A stretch of DNA of 64,000 nucleotides from Hormiphora californensis. Taxonomy: Eukaryota > Animalia > Ctenophora. Where the stretch lies: positions 1,736,001-1,800,000 of the forward strand of contig CM035351.1 in the NCBI GenBank assembly GCA_020137815.1, given 5' to 3'. The notes under the pieces are model-generated. The model searched no databases, was not told where the DNA came from, and saw nothing but the letters and a program-made list of their open reading frames with translations. Shown here piece by piece: positions 1 through 13,698 of this stretch (positions within the stretch are counted from its first letter, which is position 1; the number at the start of each line of letters is the position of its first letter). A program made the translations under genes and the position numbers.

Positions 1-80
1 TAAAGTTGCATAAGATTCGACCTTCGTATACCCATTTTGTTTTGTTTGTTGTTTCGTGTCCATTTCATGTTTCAACGCAG

Positions 81-672
81 GAGGAGGAAGAAAGGCTGAA
101 GATGGAGGAGGAGATGAGGAAGATGAAGGAGTTGAGAGTCCAGGACGAACTGGCGAGATTGTTAGAACGCAGCAAACAGAGGCAGGAAGAAGATAGACTG
201 AGAGCAGAGAGACAATCTCGGTATCGAGGTAAATATCGTATGACCATTTGAAATTAAATGTCCTATAATTTATTGACACGCAACCAAATGTAGATACTTT
301 GACTCCCCCCCCCTAGATAACCTATTGACACGCAACCAAATGTAGATACTTTGACTCCCCCCCCCAGATAACCTACTAGAGGATGAGGAACCTGATAGTG
401 CCTCTGAGGAGAGTGAGGGAGGGGATGATGGGACTAAAACACGGCAAGTAGCACACTCCTGGCGTCGCAACGCAAAGAGGCAGCACAACAGGGCTACCTT
501 TGAGAGCATGCTAAAGAAGAACAGTAAAGTTTTGTATAGGACACTGGTTAAAGAGTTAATTGTGAGCAAGCAGGCTGCTATGGTTTCTGACATCCCCGGG
601 TTTTCTTATTTCTTGTTATTGAAATATACACTTGATGCTGAGGAAATGCATGACATATTGTGTGATATTTGA
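81..672 (+). CDS. 3' exons of an unknown E/R-rich coiled-coil protein (exons ~81-228 and 368-672); 5' end lies outside the window
   Basis: cag|GAGGAG acceptor, cgag|gtaaat donor (phase 1); cag|ATAACC exon reads open DNLLEDEEPDS...HDILCDI* to TGA at 670-672. Confidence 0.6.
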
Positions 673-1287
673 GAGACATATGATCATCAAGGTCACAAGT
701 TATAAAGCTTTGAAATGCAGTGTCGAATCAGGTTATCAAGTTGCAGTAATGGTGGGTTGATTATTTGCGTTTTACTGTTGTTCAACAGTTTCTACAGAAC
801 TCTACAAAATTGATGTATGAACACTGAATCTGTATCTGTATCGGTTTGAAATGAAAACGTTGTTGTTTTTTCCCCAGAATTTGTTTGTTCGTTCTCCATA
901 ATGATATCCTGTGTTTTATAGCGTTCTATATTTTCTGTATTCACTCACGGTCTAGGTTTGTCTGGTACAACACCCCACAGCTCACACTGCTCACATCCAC
1001 ACGTGTATTTCACGAACACAGCTGTGTTATAATACCACCCACGTTAGATTTACAAAGCGGGGCACTTTCACACTACTACCACAAACGTGCGGCATGTTTT
1101 GTACTAATTTTATTTCACGATTCATTCAACAACAAACTCACTATCTCACGCTCAATTGTAAACTACACGCACTATCACGCAATTATTAAATCTACCTACA
1201 TAGTCCTCATTTTACCACGGAGTCCCGGTATGTCACTAATCACTGCATGTGGTGAAATAGTGGTACAATTTTATCCTAACCACCCCG

Positions 1288-1514
1288 ATTACCAAAAAGG
1301 ATCCTCGTGGCTTTTCAGAGATTACCAATATACGGGTTCTCGTGGCAGAAGTTAAGATTACCAAACAGGGTTCTCGTGGCTTTTCAGAGATTACCAATAT
1401 ACGGGTTCACGTGGCAGAAGTTAAGATTACCAAACAGGGTTCTCGTGGCTTTTCAGAGATTACCAATATACGGGTTCACGTGGCAGAAGTTAAGATTACC
1501 AAACAGGGTTCTCG
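1288..1514. repeat. 69-bp tandem repeat, about 3.3 copies, itself a dimer of ~34-bp gattaccaa...cgtggc subunits
   Basis: Unit gattaccaaacagggttctcgtggcttttcagagattaccaatatacgggttcacgtggcagaagttaa seen directly. Confidence 0.95.
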
Positions 1515-4500
1515 CATACAAAGTTGCTCTTTACTACGAACTCGTACTGTGGGGCACCCCTGTCTATCCACTTTCCATGTCTCCAGGGTCTCTGGGGGTC
1601 GTAAATTATCTGGACGTAGGAGGCACCGGGCTTCATTCGGTCCGTCTGCAAATGAGAAAAAGAAGGTAGTGAAGGATGAAAAACGTTAACGCATTATTTA
1701 GTGATCCCGGCATGATCTGAGCTACTCTGTGTAGCACCCCCTGATCATGTATCACCTGACACCCTAGCCCATCTAGATCACGTACCATGTTATCAGGTTC
1801 AGGTCTAGATACCCTCCCAAACTTCCTCAGATACCAGTTGGTAAAGGGTGTTATGGTGTTATCACCTAGGCAACGATACACCCCATCCTCATCGACATCA
1901 ACCACACCCAACCACGAGTTACCTCTGTAATGGGGGAGGGGGTTATAGAACATGGAGAGAGGGACTAATAAACAGGGATCATTGTGAACTAGAGAGTCAG
2001 ATAATGGTAGTGTTATAGTGGAGGCTGGAAGAAAGAGAAAAGCTTCCTTCCCAAAACATTTCTATCAACTACCATCTCTTACCGTATGGTATCTAGGATG
2101 CGGGCTTGTTGAATTGAGTCTTTAGGGCACGCCAGATTGCCCCCTCTAGAGGAACAGAAGTTCTGGGCGTCACCGTGTGTCAGATGCAGGTAGTGATAGG
2201 AATAACGGACCAGACCTAGATGAGGGAGAGGGGTTTAGTGACATGCAGGATATAACGGTAAAGGATTGGGCGGGGGGTACGTCACCTTTTTTTTTGCCCA
2301 CATTTGCCCACATTTGCCCACATGGGCAAATTGAAATCTCAAAAAACAGGTATAATGTGGGCAAAGTGGGCAAAAAGTGGGCAAAAATATTATAAGCATC
2401 AAAACTTTACCAGAAAACCCTCTGTGACAAATGTTTTTCACCTCCAATGTCTTCCAAGAGGTCCCCTCTATCGATTCCAACCGATAATTAATGTACTTTC
2501 TTATGACTTAGGGTTGATAAGGCTCCATGTCCGACTGGACAAAAGTGGGCAAAAAATTTTGGCAAAATTAGGCAAAGGCCAGTGATTTTTCGTCATTTTG
2601 GGGCTATTTAGGGAACTGATACATAACAAAGGTTTTCCACTTGCATTGTACTCCAATGGGGTCCCAGGAAAACCAGAAAATTTTTCCACTCCAACCATGT
2701 GAGAAACGTGCCTAAAATGACCAATTTTCCTAATTTTGCCAACATATTTTGCCCATTTTCCCCAGTTGGATATGGAGCCTTATCAACCCTGAGCAAATAA
2801 ATTATCGGTTGGAATCGATAGGGGGGACCTCTAGGAGGACATTGGTGGTGAAAAACCTTTGTCACAGACGATTAACTGGTTGATAGCATATATTTTTTAT
2901 GGATTTAAATTTTTTGCCTACTTTTGCCTACTTTTGCCTACTTTTGCCTACTTTTGCCCACTTTTGCCCACTTTTGCCCATGTGGGCAAATTCAAAATTT
3001 AAGAATAATGTGGGCAGTGGGCAAAAAAAAGGTGACGTACCCCCCGATTGGGCACGTCGCGCCCCTAATGTTCGCGCGCCCTGCAGGGCGATCCCCTCAC
3101 ACACGGGGCAAGGTAAAGAAGTATCCTCAGCACTAAATACCGTCTAGAGTTGTTGAAGGGAGGGAAACAGACAGTCATGATGATTGAGTGAAGAACACCT
3201 GTAAACAATTTCAACCTAACCCAACATATCATGGACTGGGGAGTACTGCAGCTGCACCCCCCCCCCCTTCTCCCTCTTGTACTAAAAAGACTGGATTTCT
3301 GTACAGGGGGATTGTGGGCTACAGCTGCTGTCTGTATTTATCTTGATTTCTTCTCACAACTTTTCACACTATGCTATGACTTCTGTTTTTTCTTCTCCTT
3401 TATACATTTGCTCTTAATTGCTCACTCACTCTTTCATCACTACATATAATCTATCTCTGCTCTCACACAATCTCTATCTCTGTGTCTATCGCATGAGTTT
3501 TCACGTGTTCTCACTATCAAGTTTCAACAACTCACTGTGAAGCACTCTTCAGCTATCTAACTCACTTACATAACATCATTTCTACGAGATTCGGCTTTAC
3601 TTTGTAGGATGATATTTGTTGTCTCTCAATAATTGTACTGGATTACTGGTCTTTGTAGGATCTCGAATCTACTTCATATTTGGGACGGGACAATATAACG
3701 TCAGACAATCAACCACTCCTACAGTTTGTTACCCCCTAGTATAATTATAGTGAACCTGAAAACTGGGCAGGTTTCCCGTCCCATGCCCTACCTGGCATGT
3801 ATACAGTATAGAGCAAGTACCTAATACACGTTTACCTTGTTGCCCATCCTTTGAATCATGCTCGTGTGCCAGTCCGATAGATCGTAGTTTGTTTTCTTGG
3901 TGCGTTCTGAACAGCGGCACATAGACTCCCTCTATAACAATACGGGGTCATGTGTTAGATCATTAGAGAATTACTTAGTTACATTTGCTAAAGGCTGAAT
4001 GTTATTGTTGAGTAACCAACTTAACAAGAACATTCCCAATTAATTTTACAATTTACACAACTTTATCAATATACCTGAGTTGATGTTCCCATAATCGCTC
4101 TGTGCTAGAGCTGCTGTATTGTCCCTTGGTAGGGGGCACTGACACAGGACAGGGAGGGAGAAATACCCGTGAAGAGGTCTGACCCGGCCACTTGATCTGC
4201 TGTACCCAGCATAGAGGGGACCTGGAGGGGGAGATCACTATTTAGCTGGGGGGGGGGGGTAATCATGGTGACAAATGGTGACATATGGTGACATATGGTG
4301 ACAAATGGTGATGGTTACATGGCCAAAATTTTGAGATGAGTCACCATTTGTCACCATTCTCTCTGGAGCTTCCTACAGGCATAATATGATGTTATGGGAC
4401 ATAATATGATGTTATGGGACACTGGGGGACACTTCTACCAAGCTTCAAGTCGATTGGATGTAATTAAGGGGTCACAGGTGGTTAATTGCGCTTTTATGTG

Positions 4501-7256
4501 TTGTGCGAGGGAGGTACACCCTCAACGTGACTTTTGGGAAGTTAATTTTAGCGGTCCAAAACACTACTAGTCGATCCAAAATGGCCATGTTAACAACTTA
4601 TGAACAAATATATCGGTCTAAGGAAATTAATAAATTTCATCAAATTTTTAAAGAAATTCTGTCGAAATCCGCATATTTCGTCCAAAAATGGTGACAAATG
4701 GAGAAAAATGGTGACAAATGGTGATGATGACATACCCTAAATGGTCAGATGAGTCACCATTTGTCACCATTTGTCACCATTTGTCACCATGATTACCCCC
4801 CTTTAGCTGCAGAGAATGTTTTGATATTTAGTAAAGATGGTAAATCTGCTGCTGCCTGATATCAGATATGGCCGTGTGTTTGAGCTCTAACAATGTAGAG
4901 AACTGGACAAACAATGATCGTGGGGTGGATAACAATGGGCGGATAGCTTGTCAACCTCTTCAACAACACAAGGGGGGTGTTTTATGTGTGTCTTGAGGTT
5001 TTAAGGAAGAGGTCTCTATCTCCCTCCCTCTTTTTCTCTCTCTCTCCCTCTCTCTTTTTCTCTCTCTCTCTCCCTCTCTCTTTTTCTATCTTTTCCTCTC
5101 TCTTTTTCTATCTTTTCCTCTCTCCTCTATTTCTCTTTCCCCTCATTTTTTCTGTATATTTTTCTCTTTCCCTGTTTACATCTCTTCCTATCCAGTTATA
5201 CATATCTGTTTCCCTATTTGTTTATTTTAGGCCCCTCTAACTTCTGATCCCTGGCCTTTCTGAACCGGGACTCTGTTGTTACTCAACATGGCCTCTGTGT
5301 AGCGTGAAGTACGTGAAGAACCAGTCATGTAGAACATGGCAGGGGCTACATACACAGTACACACTTTGCTTTGAACAACTAGCTGCATGTGTAACATTGA
5401 CACACCTGTGTGTGTGTTGTGTGTTGATTCGATAACATGATTTGTGTTTTTCTTTGAACTACCTGCTAAACACACACACACACACACATGTACAACTATT
5501 TGACCATGAGCTGCTGCTGCTCAGTCAAATACTTTGTTTTGCTCGGCCCTCTCTCACTGCGCTAGATACAGTTCATTCTAAAGTTATGTTATCAGTATAT
5601 CTCTTACCTTGGGTCGGGAAGGTGACACTTTTCTCCCACCGTATATTCCTAGCCGCTGAACCGTCCGCCCACAGCCATTCTCCTTGGGCTACTGCATCCC
5701 TTCCATCTACCCAGAACTGAAAGTGAAAAACTGTATAAACATAAATTGTATATGCAGAGAATAGGGCCCTTTAGGGCCGAAATCCGAATCTCGAAGCGCA
5801 TCATCTATGTACGCAGTCAGAGAATAGGGTCGAAGTGCACCATCTTGTAAAGTTATGTACCTAGTAAAACTTAGTTTTATTCGAAGGGCTTGTTCGAATG
5901 ATTAACACACCCTGGCTAGTCCAGGATATGCGAATTGTACATGATCATTGTGCTAACCTAATTAGGGTGAGGAACATTTTACAAAACTTTTCTCTATCAG
6001 ATTCTCTCTTCCTATCCTATAGCTATCATCAAACCCCAGTCAGACACTACTCTGAGTTGTCGAAATACCCAACAAGACATAATATCAGCAACTTTGTATA
6101 TATTCAGAATGTCTGCAACATATTCAGTTTATTTTCAACAAGTTTCCCCGAAAAAAAATATATGGACACTCTGGCTTTTTTTGAAAGTTTTAGTGTTACC
6201 GGTGGTGTGAAATTATCCTTATCTGACACGGCTGACCCTAATTTCTATCCTAATTTTTGATCATCTTGCCCTAAATTTTTCCCGTTGACCCCCCCCCCCC
6301 AGCTAGTTCTCATATGTTTCTTGTTGTCGAAACTAGTTTCTTGGTCAGTATTACTGCATTTGATCCTCTCTATCTCCGCACCCCGACGAGGGTTAGAACA
6401 TAACAAAAACTTAACAAGAGTGATGACATGCATGAGCGACATACGCTTCGTTTTGTTACACTTCAGCGGCTTTTGACCTTAGTTTCTAATGTACACTTTA
6501 TATAATGTACAGTACATTTTACAAAGTACATTATGTACTTATTGTATACACCAGTACACGTAATTCTCTCTCGCACACTGCTTCTTGAATCTTGATGTAG
6601 CTTGACATGCACGATTTGAAATCCTACTTTCGCAGCTAGATGGGACTTTCCACTTTCATTCTTCTTGAGCTTGTTGTATAACTGTGTAACTTACTATTTA
6701 GTAGGTGTTTGTTATGACATGATCTGAGGAAGCTGTAAAGCCCTAACTAAAGGAACTACACCGGAGAATTATACTAATCAGCTAACATAGAACCAGATAA
6801 AAAGAGTAATGATTGGATCAGGGATGGCCAGGAGGCTTCTTACAACAATGCTGTCAGGTATACGTCATAATAAAACAATGATAGCGCTGGCATAGCATAT
6901 AACATATGAATACTGAGATAAGTCTCTCAATTCTCAATCGTTCTATTCATTCAATAGTGCTGTTCAATCAATCACTTCATATGCTACACATTACACTTGT
7001 CACTTATTATCCTCTCTTGTAAATATTAATACTCTTGTAAATACTTCAATATTTCAATATTCGCGTGACTGAATATTATAAAGTTGAATCGTAACTGCGC
7101 ATCCAATCAATCAGTCCCTTTTGCTCACGCGCCTCAAGTAGGTAACTACAACGATCATACCACATAACCAGCAGAAGATTTCGAGTGATTTGACAAACTC
7201 GTAAAATCCAACCGTGACTTTTCTTGATCTTCATCTTTGATGTCTTTATTCGTCAT

Positions 7257-7306
<50 letters not shown>

Positions 7307-7867
7307 CCCTCTCTCCAATCTCTGCTTGGGAGGTATTATATAGCAGTTGGAGAGCCCACATGTCAATTAATCAATGTCACAGTGTTGCGTGCCCGTTTTT
7401 TACTCATACCGCGTGGCCCCCTGGCTTTTCTTTGTCGTCCCTCTCTCTCTCTCTCTCTCTCTCCCTCTATCGATCGCCAATTCACACACACACCCATGAC
7501 ATATCGGTCAAGAAGCAATCAACCAATACACTACGTTTTGTGTCCTATGTCTGGCCTTATTCGGTTTTATTTGAATTTTGAAGGGTTGTCAAATTCTATC
7601 TATTGTAGTAACGCATAGCAGACTTTCTCTTCTTTAGTTTAGTTGTAGTAAAGTAGATCAGTAAAGCTTTGAATTCCGTGTCGTTCCTTATTAGATGACC
7701 TCTACCGAATAGTTTATAGGACTAATTTCACTCACTGAACTTTCTCTACTACATCTGCAAGGGGGGTCCTGCTGTTCTAAAGGTGCCGCGGGATGAGAAC
7801 TGCTACTTTTATTAGTACTATCTATATCATTTGCATCCCCTCTCTTTCCTCTCTCTCCCGGTCTCTC

Positions 7868-7948
<81 letters not shown>

Positions 7949-9026
7949 TCTCGTAGTAGTAATTAACAGGGATGGTGGCAATGTCATAATGAATAGTGCA
8001 TAGTGCACATAACAGTAGGGGGATCTCTTCAAAGCGATTCATGAACAGGATCAATAAAGCTATGAGATGAATTTGGTCGAGAGAGGGAGGGAGGGAGGGA
8101 GAGAGGGGGAGGGAGAGAGAGATAGAGGGAGGGAGATGGTCGTTAGATTCAGATGCTATTGAAGCTAAGGAACGGGGTATGTAAATTGAGATCACTATTC
8201 ACTATAATAGATTTGGGTAAATCTTACCTTTGAATACTGACTATATTGCCATTTTCTATCTTAACGCAGACAAGAGGCATTTGATTCGTTACCTAGTTGG
8301 TTATTTAAGGGTTCGCACTACAAATGACTCGGGCCTTTTAACAAACACATGAGATTGAGCATTCTTTCTCCCCCCTCTACAACCTCTCTTTTCCCTGGTA
8401 TTCACAAAGACCAGCTGACCTGTGTATTCTTTGTGTATGCTGGGTAGTTAATAGTCATACGCTTTTGTTATGTGAGTGTTAAAGATCCCAGAGAGAGGCA
8501 GCTTTTTTGACCCTAATCTGAGAGATGCAGCTCTTTTGACCCTAATTCAAGAGAGGTAGCTCTTTTGACCCTGACCAAGGTGTACAAAAATTCAGGTTCT
8601 GCGCCTTTAGTTTAGTACCCTTGGCTTACACTTGCGGATACATTTCCACCCTGTACAACCACATTACACCTTTCTTACAGTTCAAGAGAGGCACCACCAT
8701 GTCGATAGTAATGACTGTACCTCTTCAGATATTGTAATTTCAAGCCTTTGTAGTATTGTATTGCCACCTTCGATAGATGTAATGAGTGTCATAATCAAGA
8801 AGTTAATTTGGGATTGGAATACTGTAGTTTTTTCTCTTTTCCGAAATGAACCATCGAGTCTCAATTTGTCACCATACTCAGCATCACAACTCTCTCGTGA
8901 TGTATAGACACCGTGATTCCAGTCGGAATTAGAGGATGCCCATATAATACACTGACATAAGATGGTCGAGTGAGTGGTCGAACAATGCCATTAGCCGGCC
9001 TACTTAGTGGAGAGAGAGGGGAGAGA

Positions 9027-9113
<87 letters not shown>

Positions 9114-9226
9114 GAGAGAGAGGGGAGAGAAGGAGAGAGAGAGAGAGGGGGGAGAGGGGGGAGAGAAGGGAGAGAGAGAGAGAGAGAGGGGAGAGAGAGG
9201 GAGAGAGAGAGAGAAGGAGAGAGAGA

Positions 9227-9306
<80 letters not shown>

Positions 9307-9831
9307 AAGCGAGGGGAGAGTCCTTATAGCACGTATCTTTGTATGTATTGACCTTCTTTGACCTCCAATGTACCTACTACTCAAAAAGTATTATATTGGG
9401 AAAGATGTGAGTTTAGGGATGATTTTCTTAACCCTAGCTAGACTATGCAAATTAGTGGACGAAATTCTGTAGTTTAGAAAAACTCATGAGCTTTCTAGTG
9501 ATGTCTCCCTCCTATATCTTTGCTATGTCCTCTAGTTCTACATTTATAGTTTTTATTTGAAATCGCAATACCAATACTAAATTAGTAATTACGGATGCGG
9601 GCAGCACTATGAAAATAACTAGTACAGAAATTTCTTTCCGATAGTAACTAGGCCATATTGCTCAAATTTTCCACACTCTCCTTCGTTCTCTCGCTCTCTC
9701 GATTTCTTTCTCTCCCTCTGACTTTCTGTCTCTCACTCCCTTCTTAGTTATTATCACAGGCCTGACTTTCCACAATTTCCTTCTTCGTCGAGCGCAGTTT
9801 GTGTGCCAGCAGAAAGGGGATGAGAGAGAGA

Positions 9832-9928
<97 letters not shown>

Positions 9929-12900
9929 GAGAAAAAGAGAGAGAGAGAGATGTGTGTGATAGTTGGGATTATTGCACACGTTGCTCAATACAGTTGTTAC
10001 ATTAACATACACAGAGAGGAGTTTTAACTGATACAACTATAGGCGCTGTTGAAGTTAGTCAAGGCGCCTACATAGAGAACCTGTCAAAACCCAAGCTTCT
10101 CTTGACAGTTTTAGTGTAGTAGTAGTCTTGGCTTGTTCTCTCTCTATCTCTGTCTCTCTGTCTCTCTATTTCTGTCTGTGTCTCTCTATTTCTGTCTCTC
10201 TCTCTCTGTCTCTATCTCTCTATCTATCGTTCTCAGTGGTACTTTTTGTTCAGTCATATGATGTGTTAATACCTAGCTGTCATCTTGTTCTAGAGCTCTG
10301 CATCTTCTGAGGGAGCTGTAACCATCAACTATTAACTTTATTGACAACCCGCAATCTCTCTCCCTCGTCTCTCTCCCTCACTCTCTCTCTCTCTCTCTCC
10401 TCTCTTCTCTACGTCTCCTTTTCTCTCTCTCCGTCTCTCTCTCTCTCCATCTCTCTCTCTCGGCATCATCTCTCTCTCTCTCTCTCTCCTCATCTCCTCT
10501 CTCCGTCATCGTTCTCTCCGTCTGCTCTCTCTCTCTCTTTCTTTCTCTCTCTCCTTTCACTCTCGTCTCGCGAGAGCACTTTGATTTGATCTCTTTCCCC
10601 CCCTCTCTCAAATCTATTTTCAATCATATGTCAAGAACTTTTATTCGACTGCTTTCAATACGTTTACTATCTCGCCTGATTATCGAGCTCTTATATTATT
10701 TCACTTAGTCTACCCTTTGTCTCTACCAATATCTACCATTGTTGGAGTTGTTTGAATGTGGGCACCTACTAGGCACTAATATAACCTAAGAAAATCTTTG
10801 AAAGAAAAATAAAAGGTGGATTTTGAATAAAAGGGGTAGAGATTGTTGTGCAAAACAGACTGTGAGAGAGGAAAGACAAGACGATTTAAAGATAGGGTGA
10901 CTTTGAGTGAACTCCCCATGATGTAATGTGGCACAGTATTGTAAGAATGAAATTGTTACAACATCAATGGTGAAAGAGTCCCCTTTTACAAGATTCAAGA
11001 GTTGGGAGGATCAAAGTGAGAGGAGTGGGAGTTCATTAGAATGGTGCTGCACAGCTTAAGTTTTTAGAAATATCTTGCACCTATGATCTTTCAACACCTT
11101 GAGTTCTCTCGGGTCGGATCTCTTTATCTTCTCTTCGTATCTTATTCTTTCAACCGTTGATACTATCTAAGATGGGGGCCCGGGTCCATTTTCGAGCTTT
11201 CTCTATGTTTCTCATGCCATCTCTCGACTGGCTCTACACATGTTTCTACTTCTTTCTCTGTGCCATGTAACAGTCTCTGATCTCTAGTGCATTTCCGCTA
11301 TTATTGTACTGTGGCAGCGTGACTAGTTGATAATATAGATATTAAAGTTACATCCAAGCAATACTTCATTCTTCATCATTTCCCTTCACGATTCAATGCA
11401 TTGATACTTCACCTGTACCCATATAACAGCATTCTGAGAGCCGAACATTATTTTATCTAGCTATGTAAGCTTCATTTGTAAAAGTACGACTGTCAATACC
11501 TTTATCATAGGACTAAGTCTTAGGTCACTTGTTATTTGTCTACTACTGGTGTTGCGACTTTTAAAATCCCGTTATAATATGCTTCAGTTAACTTACTAAC
11601 CCCTTCTTTCTTCCTCGTCTAGGCTACTGGCTACTGGTCTCAGTCTCGGCCCAGGAAGTTATAAGTAACTGCCAGGATACAACCACCACTAACACAGACA
11701 AACAGAAGGAATTAGGACTGGTCGGGTGTCCTAACAACACCTACTACTTCTACTTTGTTGCGGGGATCTTCATTGCTGGTCTCCTCGTCTCCTACATAAT
11801 CCTCAAGGTCATTATACGATGCTCTCAGATCGGTGTTCAGAAGAAGGACACGAAGAAGAAACCTACGGTAAAGGAACCCAAGAAAGACACCAAGAAGGAG
11901 GGTGCTGCGGCGGGAGAGAAGAAAAATGGAGACCTTCAAACCAAAGTTTGAGAACAATCATCTTCCTCTCTCTCCTATCAGTATCTGAGGGTGCTAGTAA
12001 ATACTACAGGCGGGGTCGGCAGCCTGATAACACTACTGTATGTTTCGGGGACGCCTCATCATGGTGCCCTAGTGTCAATCTGGTGCTCTTCCTCATGTTT
12101 TCAGCAGCAGTAGTTGCAGGCATGACAGTCAGTTATGGGATCTTATGGGTGGTAATGGAACTTAGTAGGAAACATACTGCCAAGTGAGGGAACTCAGTAG
12201 GAAATATACCGCCAAGTGAGGGAACTCAGTAGGAAACATACCGCCAAGTGAGGGAACTTAGGTCGTGGGATAACGAGTGGTCTCTGGAACGGAGAGTGGA
12301 GACGAATCACAATACTGAGATACTGGACCCACTGGGGGATCTGCATGAGAGGGAAAGTAAAACTTAGACAATACGGGAACTGGAAGAAGTGTGGAGGACA
12401 TTGAAAGGGCCCGCTAATCATGTCTGTTGTTTGTTTGTTTGTTTAAGAGCTGCAATGTGCTGTGTATTGTTTGCTTACGTGACAATTTATATTTCGCTAA
12501 CTAACAATTTTAACTTGTTCTCGGTTACTGAAAAAAAAATCGTTTCCATAGTTACCCATAGTTACCCATATTCACATACCCATGTTGCCTTGCTCTGATG
12601 TTTGGTTATCCTTCTGATGTCCACTGCGTCCCTAGCCCCAGTCACCCTTGCCAAGGCACCTCCAGGGCACCTTTTGGACGCCTCCTTGGCTGTGGTACTG
12701 GCTCCAGTGCCCACTATGAACTTACCTATATCAGGGGATGAGATGTTACCGGGATTGTAAAACTCACTGATACTTCCACCGGTCACCCCTGACCCTGACC
12801 CACATCTTATTTACCACTCTCCGATCTTGGCCACCCTTTCCTATAATCCCATTCTAAAAAGCCTAAACCTACGTCGAATAGAGCACACAGTGGATGCGGA

Positions 12901-13698
12901 TAGTTTGGTATTGGTAGTGGTCCACTCCCCTGTGGCCAATATTAGGGTGTCCGCACCACTCGAATCATAGTAACCTGAAATAGAAGATATCATAAATACT
13001 AGTTGTATCTTGGGAGGAAGGGTTAACATATTGGAGAGATCAGAGCTAGAGAAAGCGTCAAGAATGCTTTTTGAGTACAGTGATCTCTCTTGTTATGCAT
13101 CCTTCATATTCTCATTTTTGTTAAAAAGGTTGGATACCACACGAAACAAGATTGACTCCCATGATGGACCTACCATTGTGGGAGAGTCGTGTGTATGTCA
13201 TATCACTACCATCACTCCACCATTTCCCTTCACCCGACACAAACAAACCTATCCAGGCTTTCTCCTGAGACAGAGGAGCTGTGAGATGTTTTCAAGCCTA
13301 AAATGGTTTGATTATTCAGTTGTTAAAGAAAACTCCATTCAAAGAATCATATTCATTGTTCTAAGTTATATTTCTCTCTCTCACTCTCCCCAATCACCAA
13401 TGTCCCCATGGGAGGTAAGTGGTTTGATTGCATGCTCAGTAAGACAGTATGCGATAACAAACTGAGGTGCGTGTCATAGCATTATTACGCAATCTTGGGG
13501 GGGGGGATCTGGGTGCGCTAGTTAGTTAAATCTGTCACAATTCTTGGTTACCTCATAGGCTGCCCGTAGAAGTGACATAACTTCTTCATTTTCACTCTCT
13601 GATCGGATGGCGGCTAGGGTACCTCCCCTACTCTCACACTCTTCCTCTGCTCCAGACCGGGTCAGTTGTACACCTGATATCAGCTCGTAACGGCAACC
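1496..13698 (-). CDS. Multi-domain C-type lectin protein (three CTLDs); exons ~13698-13552, 13265-13173, 12974-12874, 12725-12580, 5717-5608, ~5345-5240, ~4221-4074, ~3909-3836, ~3144-3102, ~2215-2083, ~1925-1786, ~1646-1496; N-terminal exon not found
   Basis: Spliced translation gives CTLD motifs: AEEECESRGGTLAAI / AWIGLFVSGEGKWWSDGS; KATW|FWVDGRDAVAQGEWLWADGS; DAQNFCSSRGGNLACP / SWLGVVDVDEDGVY / FTNWY / GKWIDRG...NFVCE. GT-AG junctions are phase-compatible. Confidence 0.75.
2272..3045. mobile_element. Non-autonomous foldback-type DNA transposon with poly-G termini and 8-bp TSD (gattgggc); intronic
   Basis: TIR ggggggtacgtcaccttttt...aaaaaggtgacgtacccccc; TSD at 2264-2271 and 3046-3053; 10-bp subterminal repeats (tttgcccaca); internal inverted arms ~2420-2510 vs ~2800-2868. 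Confidence 0.9.
4249..4801. mobile_element. Non-autonomous DNA transposon with poly-G termini and 8-bp TSD (tttagctg); intronic
   Basis: TIR ggggggtaatcatggtgacaaatggtgac...gtcaccatttgtcaccatgattacccccc; TSD at 4241-4248 and 4802-4809; 10-bp subterminal repeats. Confidence 0.9.
7258..10570. repeat. Cluster of (GA)n/(CT)n microsatellites (~7258-7300, 7871-7944, 9010-9302, 9820-9950, 10140-10570)
   Basis: Seen directly; these produce the spurious ER/SL-repeat ORFs. Confidence 0.95.
8490..8575. repeat. Three degenerate ~28-bp tandem copies (agagaggcagctcttttgaccctaat)
   Basis: Seen directly. Confidence 0.8.
11623..11951 (+). CDS. Terminal exon of a small single-pass membrane protein (signal-peptide end, 2-Cys ectodomain, TM segment, Lys-rich tail), antisense inside a C-type lectin intron
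   Basis: tactaac branch point, pyrimidine tract and ag acceptor; phase-1 frame YWLLVSVSAQEVISNC...GCPNNTYYFYFVAGIFIAGLLVSYIILKVIIRCSQ...KKNGDLQTKV*. Confidence 0.6.
11982..12187 (+). CDS. Second, paralogous terminal exon of a small membrane protein
   Basis: ctctctcctatcag acceptor, phase 1; VSEGASKYYRR...CFGDASSWCPSVNLVLFLMFSAAVVAGMTVSYGILWVVM...*; shares the CP...AG..VSY.IL.V pattern with the 11623 exon. Confidence 0.5.
12157..12262. repeat. ~32-bp tandem repeat x3 overlapping the stop codon (ggaactcagtaggaaacataccgccaagtgag)
   Basis: Seen directly. Confidence 0.85.

Noticed and set aside
1288-1514. Possible CRISPR-like array (also 57524-57606, 12157-12262)
   Set aside because: No unique spacers, eukaryotic context, no cas genes
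8682-9000. ~100-codon open stretch on the minus strand inside the lectin intron
   Set aside because: No recognisable motif or convincing splice sites
7237-10623. Many ER-repeat or SL-repeat ORFs (also 17441-17777, 58239-58601)
   Set aside because: Translations of (GA)n microsatellites
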